From Camelus ferus (lineage: Eukaryota), in NCBI RefSeq assembly GCF_009834535.1, contig NC_045696.1, positions 77,006,001 to 77,070,000 of the forward strand: a stretch of 64,000 bases of DNA, given 5' to 3'. The notes under the pieces are model-generated. The model had not been told where the DNA came from. It saw nothing but the letters and a program-made list of their open reading frames with translations, and did not search any database. Positions 1 to 12,417 of this stretch are shown here, piece after piece (within the stretch, counting starts at the first letter, position 1; every line of letters begins with the position of its first letter). Made by a program: the position numbers and the translations under genes.

Positions 1-2475
1 TGCATTAAATCTGTAGATTGCCTTGGGCAGTGTGACCATTTTAACAATATTGATTCTTCCAATCCAAGAGCATGGAATATCTTTCCACTTTTTAAAGTCT
101 TCTTTAATTTCCTTCATCAATGGTTTATAGTTTTCTGTGTATAATTCTTTCACCTCCTTGGTTAGATTTATTCCCAGATATTTTATTACTTTGGGTGCTA
201 TTTTAAAGGGGATTGTTTCTTTACTTTCTTCTTCTGTTGATTTATCGTTAGTGTAAAGAAATGCAACTGATTTTTGAACGTTAATTTTGTAACCTGCTAC
301 CTTGCTGAATTCTTCAATCAGCTATAGTAGCTTTTGTGTGGACCTTTTAGGGTTTTCTATATATAGTAACATGTCATCAGCATATAATGACACTTTTACC
401 TCTTCTTTTCCAATTTGGATCCCTTTTATTTCTTTCTCTTGCCTGACTGCTGTGGCTAGGACTTCCAGGACTATGTTGAATAGGAGTGGTGATAGTGGGC
501 ATCCTTGTCTTGTCCCAGATTTTAGTGGGACGCTTTTGAGTTTTTCACCGTTGAGTACTATGCTGGCTGTAGGTTTGTCATATATAGCTTTTATTATGTT
601 GAGATATGTTCCCTCTATACCCACTTTGGCGAGAGTTTTTATCATAAATGGGTGTTGAATTTTATCAAATGCTTTTTCTGCATCGATTGAGATGATCATG
701 TGGTTTTTGTCCTTTCTCTTGTTGATGTGATGTATTACACTGATTGATTTGCGTATGTTGAACCAGCCTTGTGTCCCTGGGATGAACCCCACTTGGTCAT
801 GATGTATAATCTTTTTTATGTGTTGTTGGATTCTATTTGCTAAAATTTTGGTGAGGATTTTGGCGTCTATGTTCATCAGTGATATTGGCCTATAATTCTC
901 CTTTTTTGTAGTGTCTTTGCCTGGTTTTGGTATCAGGGTGATGGTGGCTTCATAGAATGAGTTTGGGAGTATTCCCTCCTTTTCAATCGTCTGGAAGAGT
1001 TTGAGAAGGACTGGTATGAGTTCTTTGTATGTTTGGTAGAATTCCCCGGTGAAGCCATCCGGTCCTGGACTTTTATTTGTAGGGAGGTTTTTAATTGCTA
1101 TTTCTATTTCCTTTCTAGTGATCGGATTGTTCAAGTGTTCAGATTCTTCTTGCTTCAGTTTTGGTGGACAGTATGTTTCCAGAAACTTGTCCATCTCCTC
1201 TAGGTTATCCAGTTTGGTTCCATATAGTTTTTCATAATATTCTCGTATGATATTCTGTATTTCTATTTTGTTTGTTGTAATTTCTCCATTTTCCTTTCTT
1301 ATTTTGCTAATTTGTGCTCTCTCTTTTTTCTTCTTTGTGAGTTTGGCCAGAGGTTTGTCGATTTTATTTACTTTTTCAAAAACCCAGCTTTTGGTTTGGT
1401 TGATTTTTTCTATGGTCTTGTTAATCTCTATTGTATTTAATTCCTCTCTGATCTTTATTATTTCCTTCCTTCTGCTGCTTTTTGGGGCTTTTTGTTCTTC
1501 TTTTTCTAATTCATTCAGGTGGTGGGTTAAATTGTTTATTTGAGATTGTTCTTCTTTTTTGAGGAAGGCCTGTATCGCTATAAACTTCCCTCTTAGCACT
1601 GCCTTTGCTGTGTCCCGTAGGTTTTGAGTGGTTGTGCTTTCATTATCATTTGTCTCAAGGTATTTTTTAATTTCAGCTTTGATTTCCTCATTGATCCATT
1701 GTTTTTTCAATAACATATTGTTTAATCTCCATGCTTTCCTTTTTTTCTCCTTTGTTTCTCTGTTGTTGATTTCCAGTTTCATGGCATTGCGGTCAGTAAA
1801 GATGCTTGAGATAATTTCTATCTTCTTAAAATTGTTGAGGTTTCTTTTGTGCCCAAGTACATGATCGATCCTGGAAAATGTTCCATGTGCACTTGAAAAG
1901 AATGTATATCCTATTTTTGGGGGGTGTAATGCTCTGAAAATATCCACCAAATCTAGTTTTTCTATTGTAGTATTTAATTTCTCTGTTGCCTTGTTTATTT
2001 TCTGTCTGGAAGATCTGTCTAGCGATGTTAATGCAGTGTTAAAATCTCCAACTATGATTGTATTCCCATCAATATCCCCCTTTATCTCTGTTAGTAATTC
2101 TTGTATGTACTTAGGTGCTCCTATATTGGGTGCATATATATTAACGAGTGTAATATCCTCATCTTGTATCACTCCTTGAATCATTATAAAATGTCCTTCT
2201 TTATCTTTCTTTATGGCCTTTGTTTTAAAGTCTGTTTTGTCTGAAATCAGTACTGCAACACCTGCTTTTTTGGCTTTTCCATTTGCATGGAATATCCTTT
2301 TCCATCCTTTCACTCTCAATCTATATGTGTCCTTCTCCCTAAAGTGGGTCTCTTGTATGCAGCATATTGAAGGTTCTTGCTTTATTATCCAGTCTGCCAC
2401 TCTGTGTCTTTTGACTGGAGCATTTAGTCCATTAACACTTACAGTAATTAATGATAGATGTGTGTTTATTGCCAT
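1..2475 (-). pseudogene. L1 ORF2 (APE endonuclease + reverse transcriptase), interrupted by a nonsense codon
   Basis: The 717-aa ORF has EN motifs (NVNGLN-like SVNGLN, CCIQETH, VGDFNT, SRIDH) and RT motifs (PGPDGF, YRPISL, QGCPLSP, YADD). An in-frame TAG sits at 322-324. The same frame resumes ([14 protein letters not shown]...[15 protein letters not shown]) to position 1. Confidence 0.95.
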
Positions 2476-2879
2476 TTTGAACTTATCTTTGCAGTTGAAT
2501 TGGTATATCCTCTTTGTTCCTTTCTTCTTCCTTTTGTGGTTTGGTAATTTTCCTTTGTATTATCATGGATTTTATTTACTTTTTGTGACTCCTTTGTAAA
2601 TTTTTGGCTTGTGGTTACCCTTTTTTGTAAATCTGTCAACCCATTACTATAACTGTTTTTATTAAACTGATAGTAACATGATCTCAAACCCATCCTACTG
2701 TTAAAAAAATTTAAAAAAGAAAGAAAAAAATATTCTGTATTTCCCTGCCTCCCTCTCCCACTCTCAGTGATTTACATGTCTTCTTCTATAATTTCGTGTT
2801 TACTTTATTTGTAATTCATGAGTTATCACCTTTCCAGTTGTGTGTTTCTCATTTCTGTAGCATCCTGCTGCTTTTCTAT

Positions 2880-3783
2880 TTAGAATAGCCCTTTCAATAT
2901 TTCTTTTAGCATGGGTTTAGTGTTGCTAAACTCCTGCAGCTTTTTTTTTGTCTGTGAAACTCTTTATTTCTCCTTCTATCCTCAAGGATAGCCTTGCTGG
3001 ATAAAGGATCCTAGGCTGCATCTTTTTTTCATTCAGGGCTTTGAATATATCTTGCCACTCCCTTCTGGCCTGTAGTGTTTGTGTAGAGAAATCAGCTGAG
3101 AGCCTTATGGGGGTTCCCTTGTAACTTACTCTTTGCTTTTCTCTTGCTGCCTTTAGAATCATTTCTTTATCCTTGACTCTGGCCATCTTGATTATGATAT
3201 GTCTTGGTGTGGGTCTATTTGGGTTCTTCCTGTTTGGGACCCTCTGAGCTTCCTGTACTTGGATATCTGATTCCTTCTTTAAGTTTGGGAAGTTTTCAGT
3301 CATGATTTCTTCAAAAACCTTTTCAATCCCCTTAATCTTTCTTCTCCTTCTGGGACCCCTATTATGCAAAGATTGGGACGCTTTATATTATCCCATAGGT
3401 CCCGTATGCTATTTTCATTATTTTTTATTTGCTTCTCTTGTAGTTCTTCTGAATGGGTGCTTTCTATTGCCCTGTCTTCTAGATCACTAATTCGTTCCTC
3501 TGCATTATCTAGTCGGCTTTGCACAGCTATTAGATCATTCCTCATCTCTGTCAATGAGTTTCACCCATTCTACTTGGCTCTTCTTTATAGCTTCAATTTC
3601 ATTTTTGACATATTTTATATCTCTAAACACTATCTCTTTTAATTCCTTCAGCAATTCGATCACTCCTTTTTTGAAATCTTGATCTAGTAGGCTATCGATG
3701 TCTATTTCGTTGATCTTTCTTTCAGGGGATTTCTCTTGTTCTTTTAATTGGGAAAGGTTTTTCTGCTTCTTCATCTTGCTCAT
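2880..3783 (-). pseudogene. L1 ORF1 (coiled-coil/RRM/CTD RNA-binding protein), frameshifted
   Basis: Fragments MSKMKKQKNLSQ... (3783), ...RDLWDNIKRPNLCIIGVPEGEE..., ...PTPRHIIIKMARVKDKE...RLSADFS...WQDIFK...PRILYPARLS, and a final ...LQEFSNTKPMLKEILKGLF* join through single-base indels in A runs. Confidence 0.93.
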
Positions 3784-4189
3784 ACCTCTTTGGCACTGTG
3801 GTTTATGGAGTATCAGTGTTTATTTTGGTCCTTAAGGATTTTATCTATCTGATGCCTATTTAGGAATAGAACTTAGGAAAAAAAGAAAAAAAAATGAGAG
3901 AGAGAAAGAATTTTAAAAGAAGGGAGAAAGAGGGTTTGAAAACAGTGTATAATGAATAATAGAAGAGTGAGTTGAGGCAGAGTATTAATCGGGTTGAGAC
4001 GTCCTTTTAAAACCTTTACAAAAAAAGGGGGGGGGGAGATGAATAGATGTATTTGAAACCTGTGTCTAATCAATAGCAGGACATCAAAACCAAAGAGAAA
4101 TAGAAATGAATTAAGAAGTAAAGATTAAGAGAGTAATAGAAAATAGAACAGGTAAAAACAGATTTAAAAAAAAAGGGGGGTGGGGGGTT

Positions 4190-5465
4190 GGTCGGTGTTC
4201 TCCTGGAGTCTGTGTGCTTTTACTGTGAAGTCTTTCTGTCTTCATCCTGTTTTGGAAGCTCAGCTTGCTGTTTTCAGAGGCCCTCCGTTGGCGCCCTCTT
4301 CTGTGCTGCTCCCAGCACCTGTCGGCAAGCAGATCGCGCCTCCTCCTAACACTGGGTCAGGTGCAGCTCTCTGCTGTGGGCGGGCGGGTCGCTGCCCCTC
4401 CAGATGCCGCAGTCAGATGTTGCAGACTGGCCAGGTAGGAGGGCGGGTCGTGCCCCCTCCCAGCACCTCGGTCAGGGGCTGTGTTCCTGCCCGAAAGGCG
4501 GGGGGGCTGCTCTCCCTCTACCTGTGCCGCCGGTTGCTCCGCTCTCTGTGCGGCTGCGCGCCCCGCCCTGGTCGGCGCCCCGAGGGTGGGCTCGGGGAAG
4601 ACCGAGGGACAGCCCTGTCCCTGCTCCGAGCCAAAACCCAGCTCCTTGTTTGTCTTTGTGGAGCAAGTTCTCTGAGGGACCAGGATGGAAGGATCCTATC
4701 TGCCCCGGGCTGCAGGCCAGTCTCAGTCTGGCCTTTGAGGCTGCTAAACCCTTCCGTGCGGATGCAGGTTTCGCCTCCGTCCCCGCCTGAGTGGTAAGCG
4801 CGGAGGATATGGCGGCTGCCCCTGAGCCCCGCCTCTCTTCCCCCAAAAACTTTCCGCGGGTTTTCAGAGATGGGGGTGTGCACCCTTCCCCCAAGAGCAC
4901 ATCAACCTTGCTGTTTTACGGAGGGCCCAGGTTGTTCTGCCCTGTGCACCCACAGCCACGGCGCGCAGCCCGTTGCGTTCCCCCGGGGCTGCCTCTGTGC
5001 AGCCACTTTTGTCCTCTGCCCGGCTTGTGCAGCCTGGCCATGCCCGCGGCTGCCGGCCCGCGTCTCAGGCTGGGTGTCGGGCGGGGGGGGGGGGACGCTC
5101 TGTGCCTGTTTAACTTAGTTCCTTTAGTCAAGGGCTGCTCTGTACAGATCCGAGCCTCGGAGGCTCCCCCTCCGTCCCGCTGGCCTCTCAGTTGGAGAGG
5201 GGAGACCCAGCGAGCGAGCGCCAGTCCTCCTTTGCTGCTCCCTCCCCGCGGGACCCGTCCCGCGCTGCTTTGCCTTTTGTTCTTTCTTTTTTCCTTTTCT
5301 CCTACCAGATTTTTGGCGTCTTTATGTTTTGAAGAGGGCGATGTTCTGTCGGAGTTCCACAGGTGCTCTGGTTGGCTGAGTGGGTCTGTAGATGTGGGTC
5401 TTGGTGTATTTGTGGGAGAGGGTGACCTGCGAGCGTCCTTCTACTCTGCCATCTTCTCCAGAATC
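4190..5465 (-). promoter_or_regulatory. L1 5'UTR internal promoter / CpG island with YY1-type site
   Basis: GC- and CpG-rich block in an otherwise CpG-depleted window. GCCATCTT (YY1 consensus) lies at 5448-5455, next to the element's 5' end. Confidence 0.85.
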
Positions 5466-6049
5466 CAGTACTTCTTTTAAATCAAGCAAACAAAAGAGAA
5501 TAAATTTTTCTGAAAGTAGAAGTTTACTGGATGTGTCAGCATATAAAAAAAGAAGAAAAGCCAGATACTGAAACCTAAGTTTTGTCTTTGGGTTCAGTGT
5601 TGGTTACTTTTGTTCTGTGAGCTGACACAAAACAAATGAAAGATCAGTAAATCTTGCTTTTAGAAATCCGAAAAAAACAAGGGATACTAGTGCTCAGATT
5701 ATAACACTTGGTGACTCTTTTCCATTTTTACTTGATTCTCTTATGTTCCAAACCAAAAAAGGAGTGTTTTTCCCGAAATAGGAGAGTCCACTACTTTTAT
5801 TATTCCACGCTGGCCTTCTAAGTGGGATCAGATAGTGTGCACTGCTGCTCTGAGATTCATGCTGAAATTCACTTCAGGCTAAGCCCTGTTACTCAGTTGG
5901 AACTAGATACAGCTGGGTGAGCTATAGGACAACACTGCAGATGGGTATTATATATAGACTTCCTTTATTGGAATATATTTTAAATTCTACAGCAAATAGA
6001 AACCATACCATGGCAAGAAGAGTGCTGAAGAATAAGTATTAGAGGCTAC

Positions 6050-6185
6050 AATTAATTTGTTCATTTATTCATTCTCATGCACTCATTCGTTTAATAAATA
6101 TCCAGCATCTACTGGTGCTAGGCACTGCCATAGGCACTTAGGATACATTAAGGAACAAAGTAGACTAAAATCTCTATTTTGTGAA
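6050..6185 (-). mobile_element. L2 3'-end fragment
   Basis: TTCATTTATTCATT...AATAAATAT...AGCATCTACT..GTGCTAGGCACTG resembles the L2 3' terminus. Confidence 0.6.
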
Positions 6186-6249
6186 ATGTACCTTCTGCTA
6201 ATAAGATACGCCTCAAACATACCAAAGTCCTGTTTAACATACACCTAAA

Positions 6250-6465
6250 CCAGAGGTCAGCAAGCTTTTTCCGCGAAGGACCAGTAATAAATAGTTTAGG
6301 CTTTGTGGATCATACGGTTTCTCTTGCAATCACTCAGCTGTTGGGTTTTATTGTAATGTGAAGGAGCCGTAGACAGTATGTAGCATGTGTGGCTGTGTTC
6401 CAATAAAACTTTATTTACAAAAACAGGCAGTTGACCTAGACTGTACGTGATCCTGTCTAGGCCTC
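6250..6465 (+). mobile_element. MER58-like hAT-Charlie DNA transposon relic
   Basis: CAGAGGTCAGCAAGCTTTT...TGTGGCTGTGTTCCAATAAAACTTTATTTACAAAAACAGGCAG matches my recollection of MER58A. Confidence 0.8.
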
Positions 6466-6774
6466 CAACTCTGATACGTTGGGAAGAGCAAACACATAAA
6501 GCTATGCAGTGTGAGCAGTTACTGTAGGAGTTACTCAAGTAAACTTCATTTTGTAGATGAATTAAATGAGATCTTGAGAGGTTGAATGATTAGCTTAAGG
6601 TAACAAAGTAAACTAGTGGCAAAACCAAAACTCAAACCTGTAACTCCTGACTCCTAATGTATTTTCTTCCTACTTAACTTTATTGGTTTTACTGTGCTGG
6701 GAATAATAGGATTTATAATTACATTGTTGGAATATATATAAGAGAACATTTATCTTCTGTTTCCTGGGGTCCAG

Positions 6775-6945
6775 ATACCACCAGTGGTAAACTCTCACCC
6801 ACACACTCCCACCTCTGTTATCACCACCTCCACCACCCTCTCCATCACAACCACCACCAATACCAACATCATCTAATCATTGCCAGCATCACTAACATCA
6901 CTTTCACCATCATCAGCACCACCATCATCACGACACCAGAAACCA
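6775..6945 (+). repeat. Degenerate (CAC/CAT)n low-complexity tract
   Basis: Runs of CACCAC, CATCAT and ACCACC. Confidence 0.8.
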
Positions 6946-7320
6946 CCTAAGATCACCAGGAACACACCCACAGCCACAAAGCTGGGTTTATTTACTTGGT
7001 GCAGCAGGGTCTGAGAATGCCTTCAAGTGTAGAGATGAAAGTACTTCAGTGAGGGAGTGTTGTGGGGACCGTCTTAGAGGCTTTGGGCTTGTGCTGATGA
7101 TTCTAAGGGTGGATTATAAAGTGGAAACTCATTCTGGATTTGATACTGTCAACAAACAGGGGCAGCTGGATGACTGGATTTCTTAATCCATTTCATCTAA
7201 GAGAATTAAAGCAATGTTAGAAGTAGCCCTGATAAAGAAGCAGCCATCACTCAGGTTACTGGGAAGAGGGGCCACTAGTCATTTTGGTGGTTGTGAGTGG
7301 CCTTGTCACTATTTCTTGCC
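6935..7320 (-). mobile_element. Old ERVL-type LTR fragment (MER68/MER77-like)
   Basis: AAAGAAGCAGCCATCACTCA...GAGTGGCCTTGTC and a reverse AATAAA near 6987 resemble these LTRs. Family assignment is tentative. Confidence 0.45.
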
Positions 7321-7339
7321 AAGCATCTATTTTTCACTT

Positions 7340-7900
7340 TCTTATTTGCATTTTCTTATTTCCATAAAAATACAGGTCCACTGTTGAAAATTACAAAATT
7401 CAGATAGGAAAAAGATAAAGTTAAATCCCCCATCTACAGATTAACCATGAAGAACAACTTGGTGTGCACCACTTTGCTGTATATAGATTCACACGCATAC
7501 ATTTGTGCCAAAAATGGGATTATGCATTCCAGTTTAAAGTTCTAACTTAATAAATAATGAGCAAGTTTCCCTAAAAAATAGCATTCTTTTTAGTGATACA
7601 AAAATATTTTAATGTGTGATTAGGCCATACTTTATATAATCATTTACTTTTTATTATATATTTAGAAGATGGCTTCCAGCTTTTTGCTGTTATTAAAAAC
7701 ATATGCAAATCTTTGTGTACATCCTAGATACCTTTCTCGGGATTAATTTCTAGAAAATAAAATGGTAGATCAATGTGTACAACACATTTTTAAGGCTTTT
7801 AAAAAATCTTGTTAAACTGTCATTGGGAAATTTGTATAAATATTTATTCATACATGTAGTATCTGAGAATATTCCCATCCCACCCCATCGTATTTTATTT
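7340..7900 (-). mobile_element. Ancient L1 (L1ME-like) 3' fragment
   Basis: T-rich degenerate L1 3' motifs such as GCTTCCAGCTTTTTGCTGTTATT and GGATTAATTTCTAGAAA. Confidence 0.55.
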
Positions 7901-9829
7901 AAAATTGACTCCAGCATAATGTCCTAAGAGCATAAGTTTGCTCAGTTCTTGTTATGTAGAATTCATTCACATTTCCAGCCAGTTCAATATTTTTATTGAG
8001 TGTATAGTATAGCATGGACCAGTCACTGTGCTGGATGCTGAATACACAAAAATGAATTATCTGTGATTTTCCATAAAGTCAGCATCCTGTCACAGTCTGG
8101 ATAGCTGGCCATCAAATGCTTTTACAGAAAAAGATGAGAAGATAGGTAAATCTGGTTAGATGAGCATTTTTTTTAGATGAGCTTTTATTGGAGGAAAATT
8201 ATACTTATTTTTGTAGCACTTATTGCAATCAATTTATTGCAAATAATTTATCATCATTTTGGGTGTGTGACACAAGGATCAATGTTTTCTCCAAATATTT
8301 AAAGCTTAAATTAGGGATAGGTTAATATAACTTTTGTCTAATCTACTTGAAAAAATTTTTATTGAAGTATTAATCCACTGTTAACACAAATATTTATTGG
8401 ACTCCTGGGAAGGTATTAGTAATCATCATAAAATGCATTACTTGCTCAGGGGCAGACACTGAACTAATTATTCTGGACCAAAAATGTGTTGGATTTAAGT
8501 ACTGAATCCTTGTTGCTGCCCTGTGCAAGTAGGCCCATATGTCAAGTTGTTACCAAAAGAAATAGCAACACAAGTATTATTGAGTGAGGCTGCATTGTCT
8601 GTCTTGAAAATAATGCTGCATGTTGCCAGGTGAAATTGAAACTGGGGTAGATAATTGCAAAATAAGCCAAAATTTTTTTCCTTAAATTTCATTTTCTGCC
8701 TTACTTTCTGTGATTGGGGAGTGGCTTCATTATTAATCTGATTTTTTCTTTTAACTAAACAAAGGTAAGCTTGGACAATGTACAGTTGTCTTGAAATTGA
8801 ATCAAATGTGTGCACTTTTCATTTCAGTGTAATATCTCATGTATCCAACTCAGTGAACATCAATACATGCTATTAGACTTTTGTGCTAACAGCTGAAGCT
8901 ATTTTTTTAATCGACATAATCTCATAAAAGTTTATACTTTAAAAAGATAATTTATTTGACATTTATCTATATTCAGAAGTAAAATATATCCACTAACATC
9001 ACACATTGTTTTCTCAATACTTTCTTTTGCTTTTTGAATTGTAGTTGATTTTTTCAGTGAAATTACTTAAGCTGTAATGACTCATTTTTAAAACAAATCA
9101 TGATGATAACTATAATTTGTATTCTTTACAGGTAGTTTAAAGCAGCGTTGACTCATTCTACAAAAATTTGGATTAAAAATAAAATGCACTCAGCATATGA
9201 AATGTTATTTATTTGATATATTTTCCTTGTGCTCACATTGTTCTAAAGTAACATTCTATATTATATATTCATCAATTATAATAAAGATGAATTTAACATG
9301 TCCAGAAAATCAAATCATAATCACACCTAATATATATAATTCTTTTCCATCGTTATGCTTTTTAGATTACTAATTTGTAACTTGAGGTGACAACAAAAAT
9401 TATCATTGGCCATCCTGAATTTTAGGTGTGCTAAGAAATTAATTGAATTGACTTTGTTGTTGCTTTTATGTAACTTTCCAAGTTTGGTGTGTATAGAGTG
9501 GTAGAAGTTCAAGATGTTGAACTGAATCATTACTGAGACAATTGAGAATGGCATCAATGGTTTAATCCTGGTATTTATTGTTTGCAAATGAAATTAGAGG
9601 TAATTTGTTAACTCTGCTATTCTTTTTGTTATTCGTTTCAACTTACAAATGCTTATTGAATGACTGCTCTGCGGGAGCCACTCTGTAGGGGAAAGGCCAG
9701 GCTTCCCGTACTTTCATATAGAATCCATCTTTTGGCAAAATCACTCTCTCTTTTCCCTCTCTCTTCTTTTCTCCTAATGCACATATACATATAGAGTTTT
9801 TTGTGCAAAAATAAATAATCACTTTAAAA

Positions 9830-10920
9830 AGTTTTATTTTAAAATTTATCTAACTTACAGCAAATTTTTCAAGGTTTGTTTGCCTTTTTTTTTTTTTTTT
9901 TTGGTGTATTGTGCTCTAAGTTTTGCTAACCTACAGAATCTTGTGGCCACCACCACAATTAAGATACAGAAATTTCATCATCATTCATGCCTCTTTGTAA
10001 TCAACCCCTCTTCCACTCCAAGCCCTGGCAATTATTGGTCTGTTCTCCAACCAATGGTTGTTGCCTTTCTGAGAATGTCACATAAATGAAATCAGCCGGT
10101 GTGTAGTCTTTGGGTTTGGCTTTTTCATTTAGCATACTTGCATTTGGAATTCCTTCATGATTTGCACGTATCTGTAGTTAGACTCTTTTTATTGCTGAAT
10201 AGTATTGCATTGAATGTGTGTACAACAGTTTGTAATCAGTTGAGAGATGTATTGATTATTTCCAATATTTTAGCAATGATGAATAAAATGCTTTTAAATG
10301 TTAGCTTATAGTTGTTTTTTGAACTTAAATTTTTGTTTCTCTTGTATAAATATCTTCAAGTGGAATTGCTAGGTCATGTGGCAAGTGTGTATTTATATAA
10401 GAGACAGTCAAACTGTCTTTGACGCTGGGTGGACCATTTTGCGTTCCCACCAGCAGCGTGTGAGAGCTCCAGTTGCTCCACATTTTTGCCAGACTTGGTA
10501 TTGTTAGGTCTTTTGCTTTTGGCTATTCAAATAGGTGTGTAGTGTTATATCATTGGGATTTTATTTTCCTAATGATTAATGATGTTGAACTTGTTTTCCA
10601 TTTCTATATTTACTTTGCTGAAGTGTCTACTCAGGTTTTTTGCTCATTTGTAATATTGCATATTTTTTAATGCCAAATTTTGAGTGTTTTACATGTTCTG
10701 AATACAAGTCCTTTGCCAGACATGTGATTTGTAAATAAATTCTAATAAGGCTTGTCTTTTCATTCTCTTAACACTGTCTTTCACAGATTAAGAGGTTTTT
10801 TGTGTTTTTGGTAAGGCTTGATTTAACTATTTTTATTTCATGGTTCATGCTTTTGGTATTATGTCTAAGAGCTCTTTGCCTAATCCAAGTCTCGAAATTT
10901 TTCTCTTTTCTATTCTTGTA
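9830..10920 (-). mobile_element. Ancient L1M (L1MB/MC-like) 3' ORF2/3'UTR fragment
   Basis: Typical motifs include CAAGCCCTGGCAATTATTGGTCTG, GTGGAATTGCTAGGTCATGTG, CCCACCAGCAGCGTGTGAGAG and TCTTTGCCTAATCCAAG. Confidence 0.8.
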
Positions 10921-11124
10921 GGTGCTTTTTTAGGGTGATAGTAACGTTCAAATCAACCTTGTTGATTGGTTGGATCTATGAACACTAACTCTAATATCTA
11001 GGTTTCCATCTTGACTCTGAGACCATGCCTCTAAACAAGAGTGCTTTGTAAGTTCTAGAGTGCTGTAGGTTTTTTAGCTGAGTGATTTTCCACAGGTCAG
11101 TTAACCTGTTGGGGCCCTAATTTT

Positions 11125-11298
11125 CTTTTTAATTTTATTGTTTTATTTTTTAATTAAAAATTTTTTTTGTTTTTTGTTGGGTGAGTTAACTAGATTTATT
11201 TATTTATGTGTTTATTTAATGGACATACTGGGGATTGAACCCAGGACCTCATGCATGGTAGGCATGCGCTCTTACCACTGAGCTATACCCTCCCCCCT
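11125..11298 (-). mobile_element. tRNA-derived SINE (Vic-1-like)
   Basis: Head GGGGAGGGTATAGCTCAGTGG (A box) ... GGTTCAATCCC (B box) and an A-rich tail. TSD CCTAATTTT at 11116-11124 and 11299-11307. Confidence 0.9.
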
Positions 11299-11419
11299 CC
11301 TAATTTTTTTAAAGTATAAAGTCATGGAAACACAAAATGCTGTACTAGTGTATTACAACTGCACCTTGTTCCCGAGTCCCTGAGTTCCCTGTGTCTCTGT
11401 TCTTTCGGGCACAGCAGAG

Positions 11420-11610
11420 GCAGAGTAAAGCACAGTGCACAAGAGCTCTACGGCCAGATCAGTCTGCTTATGGGTGAAATCTGGCCCAGGCACTTACCAG
11501 CTGAGAGAATTTGGGAAGACTGAGTAATTTAAGTAGCAGTTCCCTCACCTGTAAATTGCAGCTAGTACTTCATGAGTGAGATGATTTTCATAATATGTTA
11601 AGTACGAGGC
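11420..11610 (+). mobile_element. MIR SINE relic
   Basis: CACTTACCAGCTG...TTGGGAAG...CAGTTCCCTCACCTGTAAA core-like motifs. Confidence 0.65.
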
Positions 11611-12417
11611 CTGGCCCCCTGCCGTCTTTCAGCAAACCTCTGTTGTTGGTAGTTGGTAATGGCTGCCATTTTTATTGAAACTATGACTTGCTTCTTCCAC
11701 TTTCCTTCAGTCACTGAAATCACATCCCTACAGAACAGCCCAGGAGCTGAGGTCCTCTCCTTATTGCCAGTCTCCCCTGCTGTGGACCACTGTCGCAGAT
11801 ACCCCATCACAGTGCGCCCCCTACTTGCAGGATCCTCACCCAACCAGTTCCCTCTCTGTTGACAGGCATCACCAGTCCAGCCACCGGATACCATATGCTC
11901 TAGACATGAAACTCTACCTGTCCAGTCTGTCCCTCCCCACTACCAGCTTTGCCCTGATGTTTCCTCCAAGTTAGTGCTCATGCCTAATGCTGGGTCCTAC
12001 CTCCTCCTGGGGTTGCCTGAACTCCACATCCCAGATCTGAAATTTTTGCATGATCCATGGAATAAAAATATAGAAGACTTGCTTTCATGAGGAGAACACT
12101 TGGTGAAATATAAACTAGCTGGCGTGTAAATATAAAAAGCTAACCTGATCATTAAAATTATGTTTAATCTAAAGTGATTTCCATTTAGGGAATTTTTAGA
12201 TGCTTTGAGGTATCCAAACATCTCTGTACATAATTATAACACAAATTGTATGAGTCACAGAGGTACATTCTGCTTTAACAAACATAAGAAAAGGGTTTTG
12301 ATGTTTTTTTTCTTTACCTTGCATCCCAGTCTTTCTTTTTAGAGTGGAACTCTCATCAACTAGAAAAATATGTTTCAGTGGACATTTTGATTTAAAAGTA
12401 AGTCATATGGTACTAAA

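Larger units (their letters stand above)
1..5465 (-). mobile_element. Young LINE-1 with intact 5' end (3' part lies beyond the left window edge)
   Basis: The minus strand reads 5'UTR (about 5465-3784), ORF1 (3783-2880), spacer, then ORF2 (2475 to the edge). The 5' end starts near GGAGAAGATGGCAG and is flanked by TTTT/AA at 5475-5480, the L1 endonuclease consensus. Confidence 0.97.

Noticed and set aside
302..3642. Many + strand ORFs of 60-128 aa with hydrophobic translations
   Set aside because: They are antisense shadows of the A-rich L1 ORF1/ORF2.
11225..11298. tRNA gene calls for the A/B-box elements here and at 17.8, 27.5 and 49.3 kb
   Set aside because: They have A-rich tails, TSDs in most copies and mutual divergence, so they are SINEs rather than tRNA genes.
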